Part shown: piece by piece, positions 1-13,491 of the stretch
Layout: every line of letters starts with the position of its first letter
How positions within the stretch are numbered: the stretch's first letter is position 1
Assembly (NCBI GenBank): GCA_026936335.1
Contig: JAPMXV010000054.1
Coordinates: 248,001-312,000, forward strand
Length of the DNA stretch: 64,000 nucleotides
Direction: 5' to 3'
Source of the DNA: Mantamonas sphyraenae STR306
Taxonomy: Eukaryota; Protista; CRuMs
The notes under the pieces: model-generated
Seen by the model: the letters and a program-made list of their open reading frames with translations, nothing else
Databases searched by the model: none
Told to the model about the DNA's origin: nothing
Position numbers and translations under genes: made by a program

Positions 1-3000
1 TTCGCCGCCCGAGGTCTTGGATCCACTGGCGTCCACCTCTTCACCGCCCATGTGCAGAGAGAGCAGCGCAGCAGACAAGGAAGCGTCCACATGCACCAAC
101 TTCACCTCGACAGGCTCCACGAGTTCGTTGCGCAGTTTCTCCACGTCCAGGCGTTCCGGAAGCTTCAACCCATGCTTGCGCATGTGCAGTGCCGTCAGCT
201 TGCGCTCCATGCCATCCAGGTTGGGAAAGCCAATGGTGTCCAAGGGCTTTGCTGCAAGGCGTGCAACCGCTGCGATGCACTCCGGCTCCTCCAAGAGCAC
301 AGCCACACTTGCACTGTCGGTTGCCAGGGACTTGAGTGCTTTGAAGCTCATGGTGTAAAGCAGAGCATACAGTTCGCTGCTGCGCAGAGTTTCCACGTGC
401 TCTTCGTGTGACTTGGCAAGCGTCCAACTCAGGCCGCGAACCATCTCCGCTTCCAGGGCGAACCCGACACGCTGTTTCTCGCTCTTGGAATCGTCTGCGC
501 CCATTGTGTCGCCTGCGTCGTCCTCCCGTGTGTGCTCGGACGCGCTGGCTACAAATGGCCACTCGGGCGAATGTGCCACGACCTTGTCCGTGGTCAGGTT
601 CACCATGCGCGGCACGCCGCCGCGTTGTAGCGTGGCCGCGCGCACGTCCTCGTCCAACACAACCTGCACGTGTGAGTTGGGGAACTCGTGTGCGACCACC
701 GTGCCTCGCAACGTCGCAAACGGATACGATCCGCTCACCGACTCTGCGTCCACAGACACCCGAGCACCAACGCGCACAATTTCCATGTCCGCGCCCACCA
801 AACTCAACACAGCCATTGCGAGCTCCATATCACTGCGCTCCACCGTTCCCTGTCGCACGCGCTCTGCAAGCATCGGTAGATCTGCAACGACCTTGCGCAC
901 GATGCTGTGCACGCGCGCATACACCTCTCTGTTGCTGCTCAGATGCCTCACAAGGTGCACAAACTCCAACGCCCGTGACATGAGAATGTGTCCGTTCGGG
1001 TGTGCCTCGCGCGCAGCCTGGGCTGCAGTGCGTGCAAGCTCCACCTGTTCTTCCTCAACAGCAAGCGCATCCATGTACGTCGAGCCGATTTGGTGCAGCA
1101 GCTCCAGCAGCAGGTCGTCCCTGTGTAGCCCTCCACGCACCATTTCCAGGCCCTGGTACACCTGCGTCATCGCCTCCATGCTAAGCTGCGGCAGCAGACG
1201 CCTGCAGATGCGCGTGGCCAGCAGGCGCACGTGCTCGTTGCACAACGATGCAGACAGGTGCGTTTCCTCAAACATGAGCGGAACCAGCATATGTACGCAA
1301 CGTGTGCTTGCCAGCAGCTCGCAACCCACTCGTGAGTCCAAAAACTCGCTCACGAGAAGCAGCACCTCCACCATGTGCTCACGGGCCTCGTTCATCGACC
1401 GCGGCTCCGCGGGGCGGTTTCGGCTAACCGCTTCCAACTGTTCTGGGAAGTACAGCAATGTGTCGTGCACAAACATTGCCTGGGCAACCATGCCCAGCGG
1501 TTTGCTTCCTGCGTTGAACCCGGACACAGTGCGAGGGGAGAAGCCCACGTAGAACGGACGTCCTGCGTTGATGCCCTTGTGCATGTTCTCTGCGCCCCTA
1601 CTCATGTCTTCCGTGTCCCGTGCCCCCTTCAGCAGCTGCAGTTCACGGTGAGGCAACCCGTGCGGGTTCGGCACAAGCCTCTCCAGCTCTTCAAACTCTC
1701 TCTTCTCACGCTCTTCTTGCTCCAGGCGCTCGCGCTCCTCCTCTGCCGCCCTCTCCTTCTGGGCCTTTTCGTCGTCGATGCTTGCTTCGCCCTCGGCGGC
1801 TTCGTCGGCCCCGTCGCCGTGTCCATCTCCAGCCCCGCCCGCAAAATCTTCCTCCTCCTCGCCCTCCTCCTCGCCATCCATATCTTGGGCATCGTCTTCC
1901 TCGGCGTCTTCGTCGTCGTCGTAGGCCATGGCTTCCATCGTCTCCATCACTTCTGCGTTGTTCAGCGCTTCTTCCATGGAGCCGAAGCGGTATTCCAGAG
2001 CCACGACCGAGTCGTGTTTGCCGTCCACAAACAGCTGCAGTACGCCATTGGCGTACTTGCACACCGTCAGGTGGCTCCAGCGGTTCGTTTCGAGCAAACG
2101 CGCAGAGAAGAGCGACAGGCCACGCACGCTCACGTGCACCTGCCACTTCTTCTTTTTGGGTAGGTACACACAGCGGACATCCAGCGATGTGTTGACCGCA
2201 CCGTTTTGCTCCTGGTGCAGAACGGGCACAAACGACCCCTTGCTGTTGCTCGACGATGACATCGGGTACACCCACGCTGCAAACGTAAAGTTTGGCCCCA
2301 GCGTACCCTGCAGGTCTTTGTACACCAGTCCCACACGGCCGGAATTGATGGTCACCGGTTCGCGTGCAATGATGTCCACGCGTTCAGCCAGCTCGCTGGT
2401 GTCCGGCAGCTGTGATGTCGTCTCTGCACTATCTTCTCGTTCGGCGATCACACGGTCCATTTGCTCGAGCAGCACGTTCATCATCGACTCCAAAAGACAG
2501 TAGCTTGCGTCTTGTGCGCCATTGTCGCTCGCGATCAAGCGATCCTGCATCGAGTGCAGCACCTGGCCCAGAATCGTCTTGAATGCACAGAACGACGTCG
2601 AGCGCAGGCGGTTCAGCGTGCTCTTGGCCTTGGATCGCCCGTTGCTGGGTTCGAATTGGAACCACGAGCCCAGTGAGTTCACCAGCTTGCTGTCCAGCAG
2701 CATCTGATGGTCCCAGCGCTGAAAGTCGATGCACGCCGCGTGGATGACCACAAACAGCAGGCGGGCAGGCACGCTATTCTGCAGGATGTCACTGCGGGGC
2801 ATGGTGAAGCAGCGGTTCACATGTTCAAACAGAGCATGGAAGCTGTGGCGTACCTTGTGGCTCAGAACCCAGCCGCACGCACCCACGCCGTGCAGGTAAT
2901 GCTTGGGAACGGCAATGCGGTACTCCCCTTCGGCTTCCTTGTCTCGCGGGTCGTGGAAAGACTGACCCAACGCACGCACTAGCTGTGTGCGAGCGATGTT

Positions 3001-6000
3001 GGTCACGTGGTGCGCCTTGCCCTGCGGCGATACAGCTTGCCAGTCGCCGAGCTGTCGCAACAGTGCCAGGAACGTGTCCAGGCTCTTGAGTCGATGGTTT
3101 GCACGCTGACGCTGCGCGTTGATGCACTGCGACAGCTGTTGCAGGTCCACGCGGTCGCTCTGTGCAAATTCCAGCACCTGGCGTTGAATGCCATCCTGCT
3201 GTCCGCCAGAGCCCAGGCTCAGAGCCAACTGCTTGCGCTCTTCCATCAACGACTGCAGCTGCTGCAGTGCTTTGCCTGCCATTGTGTTTGTCGTGTTGCC
3301 GCCCGCCTCATCCTCAACCGCTGCCTCGCCGCTGCTTGGCGACGCCTCCTCACCCGTGGCCGACCCGCTGCCCGAAAGCAGTGTCTTTAGCGACTGCAGC
3401 GGCACGTATTGGTCCGGCGTGCTCTGTGGTGGCGTGAATCGCAGCAGATAGATGCATCGTTCGACGACGCCGGCTCCGATTTTCGTGTACGAGATCTCAT
3501 CGTCCTCGTCGTCTCCCATTGTGTCGGTGCCTGGGTTGAGCAACGCCTCTTCCTGTTCGCGTTCGCGCTGCTGGTCCGATTTCTCCTTCTCTGCCTTGGC
3601 CTTGGCCAGCTCCTGCCGCTTCTGCTGCATCCACGAAATGATCGAGTGCGACTGCATCCATGCACGCTGCACAGACTCGGGCACGACGGGGTCTTCTTGC
3701 AGGGCACTCAGGTATGCCAACGCTTCCACGGCCGCACTGCTGTGCTTGAGCAACGCCGCAAACACCGCTCGAAGCGATCCGCCGATATCCTTGGCCTTGC
3801 GTAGCACACGCCGATTGGCAGGCGACAGCGGAAGTTTGCGGAGCAGGTGAAGCACAAGGCTGTTCTGCGCGTCATGCACAATGGCCTCCAGGAACGCGTC
3901 GACTTCGTACACGGAACTCACGCTGCGTTGCAGCATGCGTGGTGCCTGTGCGCCCTCCAACGCGCCCTCCGACTTGCTGTCCTGCATTTCCTGTTCCTCC
4001 AGGCCACCGCTCAGCAAATCCGACTCCAGCCACTGCTTCAAGTCCTCCTCTTCCTTGCTCTGCGGGCTGGCCAGCGCCAACGTCTGTGCGCAGCGTCCTC
4101 CCAGCCACGCCGTGGTCTCCTCCAGCGCAAACAGCATGCTGCGCTCGCTCGCAAGCAGGATCTCCTTCGGCTCCACAGCCACACTCAGCGCCAACATCTG
4201 TTTGCCATCCACTTCCAGCTGGCCCTGTGTTCCCTTTCCTGAGGCCTGGAATACGACACTCAGCGAGTTACTGTGTGTCTTTACCGTGCTCCCCGGCAGT
4301 GCCGTCAGTTGGAATTTCAGCTCGTCTTGTTTCCCTGCAGCCAGGATCTCCGCTGCCTCTTGCGTGTTGTGCATCAGCAGCTCGATGCTGGGGCCTTGTT
4401 CTGTGCTGCTGCCACCGGACGGCGATGATTCGTCATCGTCGCCTGCTGGTGTGTCCTCGTTCACACTCCCACTGGATGTCGTGCCGTCTTCGCCCGTTGA
4501 GCTGATGATTTCGTCCTCCTCCTCGGCTGTGTCCTGCCCGCCGTGCCCACGACGGCCCTTGCCCTTGCCCTTGCCCTTTCCTTTGCCCTTGCCCTTTCCC
4601 TTGCCCTTGCCCTTTCCTTTGCCACCCTTGTGCTCCTTGAGCTTGACGTCAAAGTGGACATTCAGCGAGGTGGCGTAGGGCATGAAAATGCGCTCCGTGA
4701 GCGTCACTTCGCCCCCTTGCAGCATGGGCGTCGGCGCCTGGATAACCTGCGTTTCTTCGTGACGCGCAGGTCCCCTCGCATCCTCGTCATCTTCGCCGTC
4801 AGGGTTCTTGTTTCCACCCTTCTTCTTGTTCTTCTTCTTCTTCTTTTGCTTCTCCTGCTTCTTGCCGGAGCCGCCTTCGGCATTGCCCTCGTCGTCGTTG
4901 TCGTCATCGTCGTCGTCGTTGGCATTCTCAGAGAGCACTGGAGGCAGGCAGGCGCAAACCTGATCCAAACCAGCAAGCAGTGGAACAAGCACGTCGCTCA
5001 CCTGGCTCGCAAACGGAACAATGCGCACAAAGAAACACATGCCGGAGACCAAAACGGGAAGGAGTTGGCCGACGTAGCTCTGGGCCAGGAACTGACACAG
5101 GTGCGGATGCATGGTACCAGCGGGCATGCGCTCGCGCACAACGGCGCTCTCGTTGAGGTCGATGACACGCTGGATGAGGGTGCAGCACATGGGCACAATG
5201 CGCTGTGCGTACTCGACGACCATGTCCACCTCTGGGTCGCTTGTGGACAGTGTGGTGTTGATGTGCTCTTCCAGAGCGCCCTTCTGCTTGGCCAGCTCCA
5301 CGGGGCCAAGGGAGCCGCCTTCGTCCTTGTCGCTCTTGTGAGGATAGAGCACAGTGACGTTGTGAAGCAGCTGTTGTTGGACGAGCGAAAGCACACGCAT
5401 GGTGCGGAACTGTTCGGGTAGATGCAGCGAGCGATCCCAAACAGACTCTCCCGCAAAGGTCTCCTTGAGCAGAGTATCCGTCTCGTGCATCAGCACAGCC
5501 GACAACGCATCGACAATTTCCATCACACCGCTACCAGACGGTGATCGAGGAATCGGCGATGACGACGAGCCCGCCTGCGACGCCGCCTCGCCGCCGGCAG
5601 ACATCAAACCAGACACGGCTGCAATGGTCGTGAACTTGTTCAGGAGGTGGCTGAGGAAGAGCGACTTTGCAAACGGGAAGCTCTCCGGGTTTGCTTGGCG
5701 CTCTGTGAGGTACGTGGACAGCAGTCGGGCCTGCTCCACGGCGGTCGGGTAAAACACATCCAGCCCGGTGGTCAAGACAACTCCGGCCTCCATCTGGATG
5801 ATTGGAATAACCTGTTCGGCCAGACCGACAAGGTTACGCCCGTCGGGGCGGCCGAGCGTGCTGTTGATCATTGCAATCAGGAGATCGCGAAGGAGCACGC
5901 GAAGGGGCTTGTGCACGTCCTCATCTTCCTCCTCGTGGCCGTCCTCATCTTGGCTCTCCACCTGCTTGCCGCGACGTGAGGAGACAGTACGGCGTTTGCG

Positions 6001-9000
6001 TGTCATTCGCCGTCCGCCAAGCTGCTTGGCCTTGCGCTGGCGATCGACGGGGGCGCTGCCAAGTCCGACCGTTTGCGGGTCGACGTTGTTTGAGCTGAGC
6101 TGGTGGACGTTCACTTTGAGGACACGCAGACACGCAAGCACGACGTATCCATGCTCGGTGTAGTCAGTGCGCCCTGCGTACACGGCAGCGGCGGCCGACT
6201 GCGGGTCGAAGCTCTTGCGGAAGTACGTGTCCAGGATTCGGTACAGGGAGAGGAACGTCGAGTCGCACACATGGTACGAAAGTCCAAGCTGCGGGCGTTC
6301 GTGGTTGCGCCCGCCGATCACCAGATCGAGAAGGGAGCCCGCGCTCGTGAGCACGCCCGAACCGGCTTCCTGTTGGCGCTCTTGTTGGCGCTCGGGTGTG
6401 TGCATGCTAGAAAACTTGTCCAGAGAGGCAAGCATGAGCACGGCGGCCTGGAATTCGGAAAGCGTGGAGCCAGCAGCGTCGGCCCGTGCCTGGGCACGCA
6501 GCGAATCCAGGTGGTCGTCTGTGGCAAAGCGCAGGTCGTACGATGTCGGAGGCACCGTGTCCACATCGATGATTTCTGGATGAAGAGCGTACATGGCAAA
6601 GGGGGAGAACGGCGTTGCGTGTTGAACCGGTGCAGAACCGTAGTTCTGTCGCATGCTGATGACGGCTTCCTGGATGCCCCACAGCACATTGTTGGCTGTG
6701 TCGTAGGCACAGGCCTTGTTGATGCGCGGTTGAAAGGGAGCGCCCGCCATGGTGGAGGGTGGCGACGATACGTGCGGCTCCATGTAGCACAGCGAGCCAT
6801 CGTCCGCGTCAAAGAACATGGACACGCCTTGGCGGTTGTTTGACTGGTCGACGTGGACGTAAGGCGCACACACGGCCACAATGTAGCGGCCGTTGCTGTA
6901 AAAGTGGCTCTTGGCGAGGATGGTGTCACGCACCATCAGGGGCCTGCTCTCGAGACCGGTTACGTCGCGGATCACGATGGCAAGGAGACGGGCACGGTTG
7001 GAAAGAAAGTCGTCGCTGGACTCGGATGCGGTGGAGACGTGTGTGTGCATGGTGATGCTGAGAACATTCTGTTCGACGACGGCGAAAAAGTCGAGCACGC
7101 ACGCTTCGTCGTTCTTGGGCGAGGGCTTGCACGCGAGGTGGCCCTGCGTGTAGATTGAGTACGACTCGCTGATGGAGTTGAGCAACGTCAGCTCGACGTT
7201 GTACTTGCCGTTGGGCACGGGAAGGCGGTAGGAAAACGACGTGCTTCCGCTTGCGCGTGCACGGCCGGTGGATGTGATGGCATCCTTGGCCAGTTTCGTC
7301 GAGCTGGAGCTGTACGAGGCGCTGTGGCCGTCGTAGAACTCGTCGCCCTGGTAGAGGATGCCATCAAGGACAGCTGGTGTCTGTGTGCCGCAGTTGATGG
7401 CCATGATGACGTCGGCCTGCGAGGGATCGGGCAGACCCAGCAGTTTGACAGTCTGCACGGCCTCGGGTTGGGGAAGGTCTTGGTCGTCGTGGCACAATCG
7501 GTACACTTGCACGCTGTACTCCCCAGGGATGAAGACGTTGGTAGAGTCGTCGCCTCCCTGCTCCACGTTGTCACCTGCGGCAGCGTCGGTCACGTCTGCG
7601 TTGCCTTGCTGCTGTGCAGTCTGGCAGGCGAGGTAGAGCATCTTGCCGTCGGAAAAGATGGGTGTGCACACGTCGGTCTCTTCGGGCGAAAACAGTGCCC
7701 AGGTGGAGCGGTTGCGCGTGTCATCAGCCGCGGTGGCCGCTGAGGAGCGTGACGAGCTGCCATCTTCAGTGCCCGCCTTGTGGTCGGAACTCGAAGACGA
7801 CGAGGCGATTCCTGGCGCCGAGTCGGTGCTTGCATCTTGGCTGAGGCCAGCCGAGTCGAGATCGGCAGCCATAGCCTGCTGTGCGTGCTCGTTGATCTGC
7901 AAAGACTCTGTATCGACGACGATAAAGGGCAGAGGCGCGGTGGTGGGCGACCGGATAAACAGATGGTTGTCGATACATGCCAGAGAGGCCTGAGGACCAG
8001 AGAGGACCTCGGCAAGCGAAGCGTAGAGCTTGCCTGGGATCGTGTCGTGGAAGCCGGTGCCAATCTTGAAGAGGGTGCCCCCTTGGTTGACGATATAGAG
8101 GTAGGAGCCGTCAGAGGCGATGAGAGACGGAGGCAGCTGGAGAGGTTCTGTGGTGGCGTTGTTGCCCTCCTGTGCAGAGTCGTCCTGCGGCGGCTCGTAT
8201 TCGAGATACTCGTGGGTGGTGAATGTCTCGGCACCAAGAACAAGCTCCGTGGGCACCTGCTCCTCCGCGAGCCACTGAACGGCGTGGATCATGGCGGGGC
8301 AAGAGGCAAGGAGACCTGCACGTGTATGCGCATCCTGTGCATCCAGTGTGTCGCTGCGCGGCGGCTGCTGTTCGATGAGCAGGTTGACGATGGCAAGCAT
8401 GTTGGGCAGCGAGGCGCGTGCATAGGCCATGTCAAAGACAAGACGAAGGAGGCGGTCGAGCACAGACGGGTTGGTTGTGCTGCGCGTGAGCTTGAGCATG
8501 CTGTCAAAGAGCGTCTGAATGCTTGCGTCGAGCGAGGCCGGGAGGCCGACGCCGCCGAGATGTGTCTGTTCGGGCAGCTCGGACATCATGGCCTCGAGAC
8601 GCGTGAGAACGGGATCCATGGCGTCGGCGGCAGAAGGGAGGCCGAGTTGGGAGTTGGACGAAGTCGACCAGTCGACAAGAAGCATGACGAGCTGGACGGC
8701 AGAGTCCAGGAAGGAGTTCCACATGAGCACACTGGTCTCCTTGTGGATGGAGACCTGCGAAGTGAGCTTGTTCTGCTGGCGGCGCAGGTCGTCGCGGGTC
8801 ATGGCCAGTTGGATGCGGCGAAGAAGCTGGAAGCGAGCAAAGAGCTCGTCGGTGAAGGAGGAAATGCTGGAGATGTCTGAGCTGAGCTCGAGGATTTGGA
8901 CCTCGTTGGTGAGGTGTGCGGCGTAGATGTTATCCTCTGAGGAGTTGAGGTGGAGTTTACGCAGCTCGGGCGGGACGATGTCGACCTGCATGATCCCGAG

Positions 9001-9956
9001 GCCAAATTCCTGTTGAAGGTTACCCAACTGTGCGTTGAGGTCATTCTTGGAGGAAATGGTGTTGAAGAGGTCGACGTACATGGAGGAGGAGCTTGTAGTG
9101 CTGCCTCCTGCGGCGAGGGTGCTCTCCTCAAGGAGCTCAACCACATCCTGCTGGCTGTAGATGGCGACGCAGGGACGCACGGGGATGCCGTGCATGTCCG
9201 AATAGGGCTTCATGAGAAACTCGCCATTGCAGTAGAAGGAGATGGAGCCCGTGCCTGTGTCGGAGTTGTCGATCTCGACGGTGATGACGTCGCCGCTGTG
9301 GATGCGGTGGTTTGTGACGGAGGATTGGCCTGTGTTGTAGGTCATACCTGTGCCAACCCAAGCCCAGCCGCGGTAGGCGGTCTTGGAGCCTGGGTGGGTT
9401 TCTGCCGGGTGCTTTGTGGCTGTGCACCCCACTGCAATGGAGCCCGAGTCGGTGGACTGCACTCTGATCTGGAAGCGATGCAGGCCTGGATCGAGGGTGT
9501 TGCCAGCCTGGATGTTGCCCCATCGGGCAGAGGAACTTGTGCTGATGACGTTGCCGCGGACGACCAGGCGCCGCGACTTTTTCACTGGAGACGACCAGTT
9601 TACCTTTGTGGATGCAACAAGCTTGGGTTTCTCCTCGTCCTTCAGGTCGCGCTGAACTGTTGAGAAAAGGTCGAGAGGAGCAAAGTCAAGCCACTCTGCA
9701 TCTGAGAGGTCGTGGGGTAGCCAGGGAGACCAGCGAGGGGTAGTGAAAAAGAGAGAGAGGGGGGGGGGTGTGCGTGAACAATTTTTGAGCGAATTCACGT
9801 TTCTCGGAAGGTGTGCGGGAGCGGCGGAAAGCGAGCCGGGGCAAGGGCAGGGTGGCCAAGAGCGTTTGTGTGGGACATACCTGCAGATTCGGACGTGGAT
9901 AGGTCCTTGAGGTTTCCCTTTTCGTCAAAGAGGACGGTGGATGAAACTCCGCCCAT
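1..9956 (-). CDS. Giant HECTD4/MYCBP2(highwire)/HERC-like protein, 5' portion (>3,200 aa, continues past the left edge), with SPRY and LamG-like domains; probable E3 ubiquitin ligase
   Basis: Exon 1 is 9956-9881 (MGGVSSTVLFDEKG...), followed by intron 9880-9702 (GTATGT...TCAG). One frame was open in every line I translated from 9701 to 1; it is missing from the ORF track, presumably because no stop falls inside the window. Motifs: SPRY-like GDVITVEID...ISFYCNGEF (~9150-9300); ASDGSYLYIVNQGGTLFKIGTGFHDTIPGKLY (~8030-8120) and PIFSDGKMLY (~7630-7660), resembling MYCBP2/HECTD4; AAVLMLASLDK, LACLRVLKVNVHQL and VFYPT, resembling HERC/MYCBP2; LamG-like FTFAAWVYP...WSHLTV...LQLFVDG (~1980-2330). No HECT or RING domain is visible in the window. 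Confidence 0.75.
4556..4622 (-). repeat. Coding (GK)n low-complexity repeat within the giant ORF
   Basis: Repeated cccttg/cctttc units on the + strand read GKGKGKGK... on the - strand. Confidence 0.8.
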
Positions 9957-10139
9957 GATCTGTGATCTGTGATCAGGACTTGTGGTCAGTTGGGGTATTT
10001 CGTCTGGCCAGGAGCGGCAACGAGGAGAGGCAGTGCGGTGGACAATGGGGGAACGTTTCGGGGTGGAACGCAAATGAAAACGAACCTGAATTTGAGGTTA
10101 TCGTGGAGCGCCAGCGCAGCCACACGCAAAGCCCGGCAA

Positions 10140-12164
10140 ATGAGCGAGAGTGAGACAAGCGAAAGCAACAACAACGGATCTCAACCGATCCACTTCCTGG
10201 AGAAACGAGACCGAACGCTGTCGTTCCATCGACCGAACTACTTCCAGGTGGGTGCTGGGAAAGGTCTGAGAATTTTTGGCACACACAAAGGCGCTGACAT
10301 GTGGCGGGTAAACACCTTTTGCGGCTGCAGCACTCGTCGTCGGACCGTCTGAACAGCGCAAACTACAACAAGGACACGGCGTTCTCGCGTAGCGAACGAG
10401 ACAAGCTGAACCTGCGTGGTCTGCTGCCGGCACGCGTGGAGACAAGTACGTTTGCGCCGCGGCGTCCGCGGAAGCCCTTGTTTTTGTGCGCGAGGGATGG
10501 GAGCCCCACAGAGGGCTGGGTGGGCGGTGGACAGGTGCTGTTGCACAGTGTTGCGTAGTGTGTGCATAGATGGTATTGGGATTCCTGTACAACGTCACAC
10601 ACGCGAGGAAACTGACACAGAACGCTGGGCGCACGCAGTCGAGGAGCAGGCGGCGCGAGTGCTTGCGCAAATCAACCAGTTCTCGCAGCCCATCAACCAG
10701 TTTATCTTTTTGAACGGGCTGAAGGAGCGCAACGCAACGCTGTTCTACTACGTGGTGTGCAACAACCTGAAGCAGATGGTGCCGCTTGTGTACACGCCGA
10801 CGATCGGGCTTGCGTGCCAACGGTTTAGCGGAATCTGGCGCGTGGCCCAGGGGATGTACTTTGATCTTCACGACAAGGGCATGATCTACGATCTGCTGGA
10901 CAATTGGCCCGAGAACGAGGTGCAGATCATTGTCGTGACGGACGGATCGCGCATTCTGGGCCTGGGCGACCTGGGCGCAAACGGCATGGGCATCCCCATC
11001 GGCAAGCTGTCGCTGTACGTGGCCGGTTCGGGCCTGCACCCGACGCGCACGCTGCCAGTGACACTGGACGTGGGCACGAACAACCAAGAGCTGCTGGATG
11101 ACCCGCAGTACCTGGGATTGCGCCGTACACGCTGCGACGACGAGACCTACTACGAGTTTGTGGACGAGTTTCTGACGTCGGCCGTGAAGAAGTGGCCGGA
11201 CGTGCTGATCCAGTTTGAGGACTTTAGCAACAACCACTGTTTCAAGCTGCTGGACGACTACCGCGAGAAGATCCTGTGCTTCAACGACGACATCCAAGGC
11301 ACGGGCGCTGTCATCCTGGCTGGCATCATCAACGCCATCAAGATCAGCGGTATCGAGGCACGCGACCACCGATTTGTGTTCTTCGGCGCTGGATCGGCTG
11401 GCATGGGTGTGGCGCTTCAGATTGTGGCATGGCTGGAAGAGACTACAGACGCGTCGCGCGAGGAGGCTCTGGCCCAGTTCACGTTTGTGGACAGCCGTGG
11501 CATGATCACAGAGAACCGTGGCGACTCTCTGAGCGACTACAAGGCCCTGTTTGCGCGCAAGGACAACGGCGACGTGCAGCTCAAGGATCTGACAGAGATT
11601 GTGAAGCACGTGAAAGCGACTGCATTGCTGGGTCTGTCTGGCCAAGGCGGCTCTTTCGCGCAGAGCACAGTGGAAGCTGTGATGGAGAACACAGAGCGCC
11701 CGATTGTGTTTGCCCTGAGCAACCCGACCAGCAAGGCCGAGTGCACGTTTGAGGACGCGCTCAACTGGACCAAGGGCGCCGTGGTGTTTGCCAGTGGATC
11801 TCCCTTTGACCCGATTGAGTACGAGGGACGCACGGTGACTCCGGGCCAGGGCAACAACATGTTCATCTTTCCCGGTCTGGGCCTGGCTGGAATTGTGGGC
11901 AAGTGCAGCAAGATCACAGACAGCATGATCAGCGTGGCAGCTCAGACGCTGGCTGCGCAAGTGTCCGATGAACGCTTGCAGGAAGTGAACATCTATCCGG
12001 ACATTGAGGAGATCCGTGACATCTCTGCCAGGATTGCGGTGAATGTGATCAAGCGTGCCATCGAAGAGGGAACCTCGTTCTTCACCGAGGACCCCGGCAA
12101 CCTTGACGAGATTGTACGCAGCAACATGTACGTACCTGCCTATCTCGAGGCTGCGTTTGAGTGA
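10140..12164 (+). CDS. ME: NAD(P)-dependent malic enzyme (3 exons)
   Basis: Motifs: NKDTAFS..ER..LNLRGLLP, PLVYTPTIGLAC, IVVTDGSRILGLGDLG, IQFEDFSN, FNDDIQGT, GAGSAG, ALSNPTSKAECT, GQGNN. Introns at ~10248-10330 and ~10446-10637. Confidence 0.95.
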
Positions 12165-12321
12165 GTGCGGTTGTGCAGAGGGGAGAGGTGCGGCTGCGCA
12201 GCGGGTGCCGCCGCCGCGGAACCAACGTTTTTGTTTTCCCTCTTTGCTCGTCACTCGGTCGCGCACACGCACACACACATCGACACACATAGAGACATAG
12301 AGTACGCGCGAGCCAAACACT

Positions 12322-13450
12322 ATGGGGATCGCAGAGTCAAAGGTGGATGTGATGGGGTGGCACGTGTGAAAATCCACAAAAACTCGCCAGCAGAGAACGT
12401 GGGACTGCATGCCTATTGGGATTTCATTGTAGCTATCAACGGCAAACGTCTGGTGAGTTGAATGAGAGCGTGTGAGAGGCAGCGGCCACGCAAGCGCAGC
12501 GCACCTGACACCTATGCGAAATGGGGGATGGGGGGATTGTGGTGCGGCAACGACAGGATACGGCGGACCAGACATTGGTGGACACCTTGTCGATGAACCA
12601 GGGCAAGGCAGTGACGTTGACGGTGTATGATGCACGGTTTGAGAGCGCACGAGGTGAGTGTGCGCGCCTGAGCGTGGCGTGGAGGATTTGGGGGGTCGGA
12701 GGGAACCACCGCGCCAGACGTTGACACAGGCATGGAACGCACGCAGACTGTACGATTGTGCCAAACGACGACTGGGGAGGAAAGTCGATGTTGGGAGTCA
12801 CCATCCGGTTTTCATCGGTGGAAGTGGCACACGAACACCAGTGGCACGTGCTGGAGGTGGCCGAAGGGTCGCCAGCCGAGGCGGCCGGTCTGAAGCCGTT
12901 CCAGGATTACATTGTAGGGACGCCGGACATCATCATGGAGAGCGAGATGGACTTTCACTACCACGTGCAGTCAAACGCGGGCAACATGATCCGTCTGTAC
13001 GTGTACAACACGACGGACGAGGATCTGCGCGAGGTGGAACTCACGCCCAGCAACACGTGGGGCGGCCAGGGCCTGCTGGGCTGCCAGGTAGGGTACGGCT
13101 TCCTGCACCGTATCCCATTCAAACGACATGAAGAAGGCAGCAGCGCCGGTGCGGTGTCCAGCCGACCCAGTGCAACCAGCGCAGGCCAAAGCAGCGCCGG
13201 AGCTGAAGCTAGCGCGGCAACAAGCACAGTGAATGCAGAAAATCAAGGTGCAAGCACGCACGGCGCTACAGAGGCAGCCACAGGAGAGCCGGAGGCAAGC
13301 AATGAGGCGGAGACAAGCAGTACAACAGCCGTGGGTCCCGCAGAGGACCAGCCGCTTATGCCTGCTCCCAGTGGAGCGCAAGATGCACAAGAGGAGCGTG
13401 GGCAGACGGACGGGCAGATTGGGGCTCAGGATGCAGGTGAACTGGACTGA
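12322..13450 (+). CDS. GORASP: GRASP55/65 Golgi reassembly stacking protein (tandem PDZ-like domains), with an apparent 1-nt frameshift in exon 1
   Basis: MGIAES...GWHV/KIHKNSPAENVGL..YWDFIVAINGKRL; WGGKSMLGVTIRF; WHVLEVAEGSPAEAAGLKPFQDYIVG; WGGQGLLGCQVGYGFLHRIP. Introns at 12453-12556 and 12654-12746. Confidence 0.9.
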
Positions 13451-13491
13451 GAGAAACAATGTAGCAGGGCCTGGCATTTTTTGGTTGCTGC

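Noticed and set aside
17-9663. Many 100-380 aa plus-strand ORFs over the first 9.7 kb
   Set aside because: They are antisense shadows of the single giant minus-strand frame in GC-rich DNA and have no recognisable motifs.
10098-12764. 888-aa minus-strand ORF
   Set aside because: It is the antisense mirror of malic enzyme, caused by codon bias.
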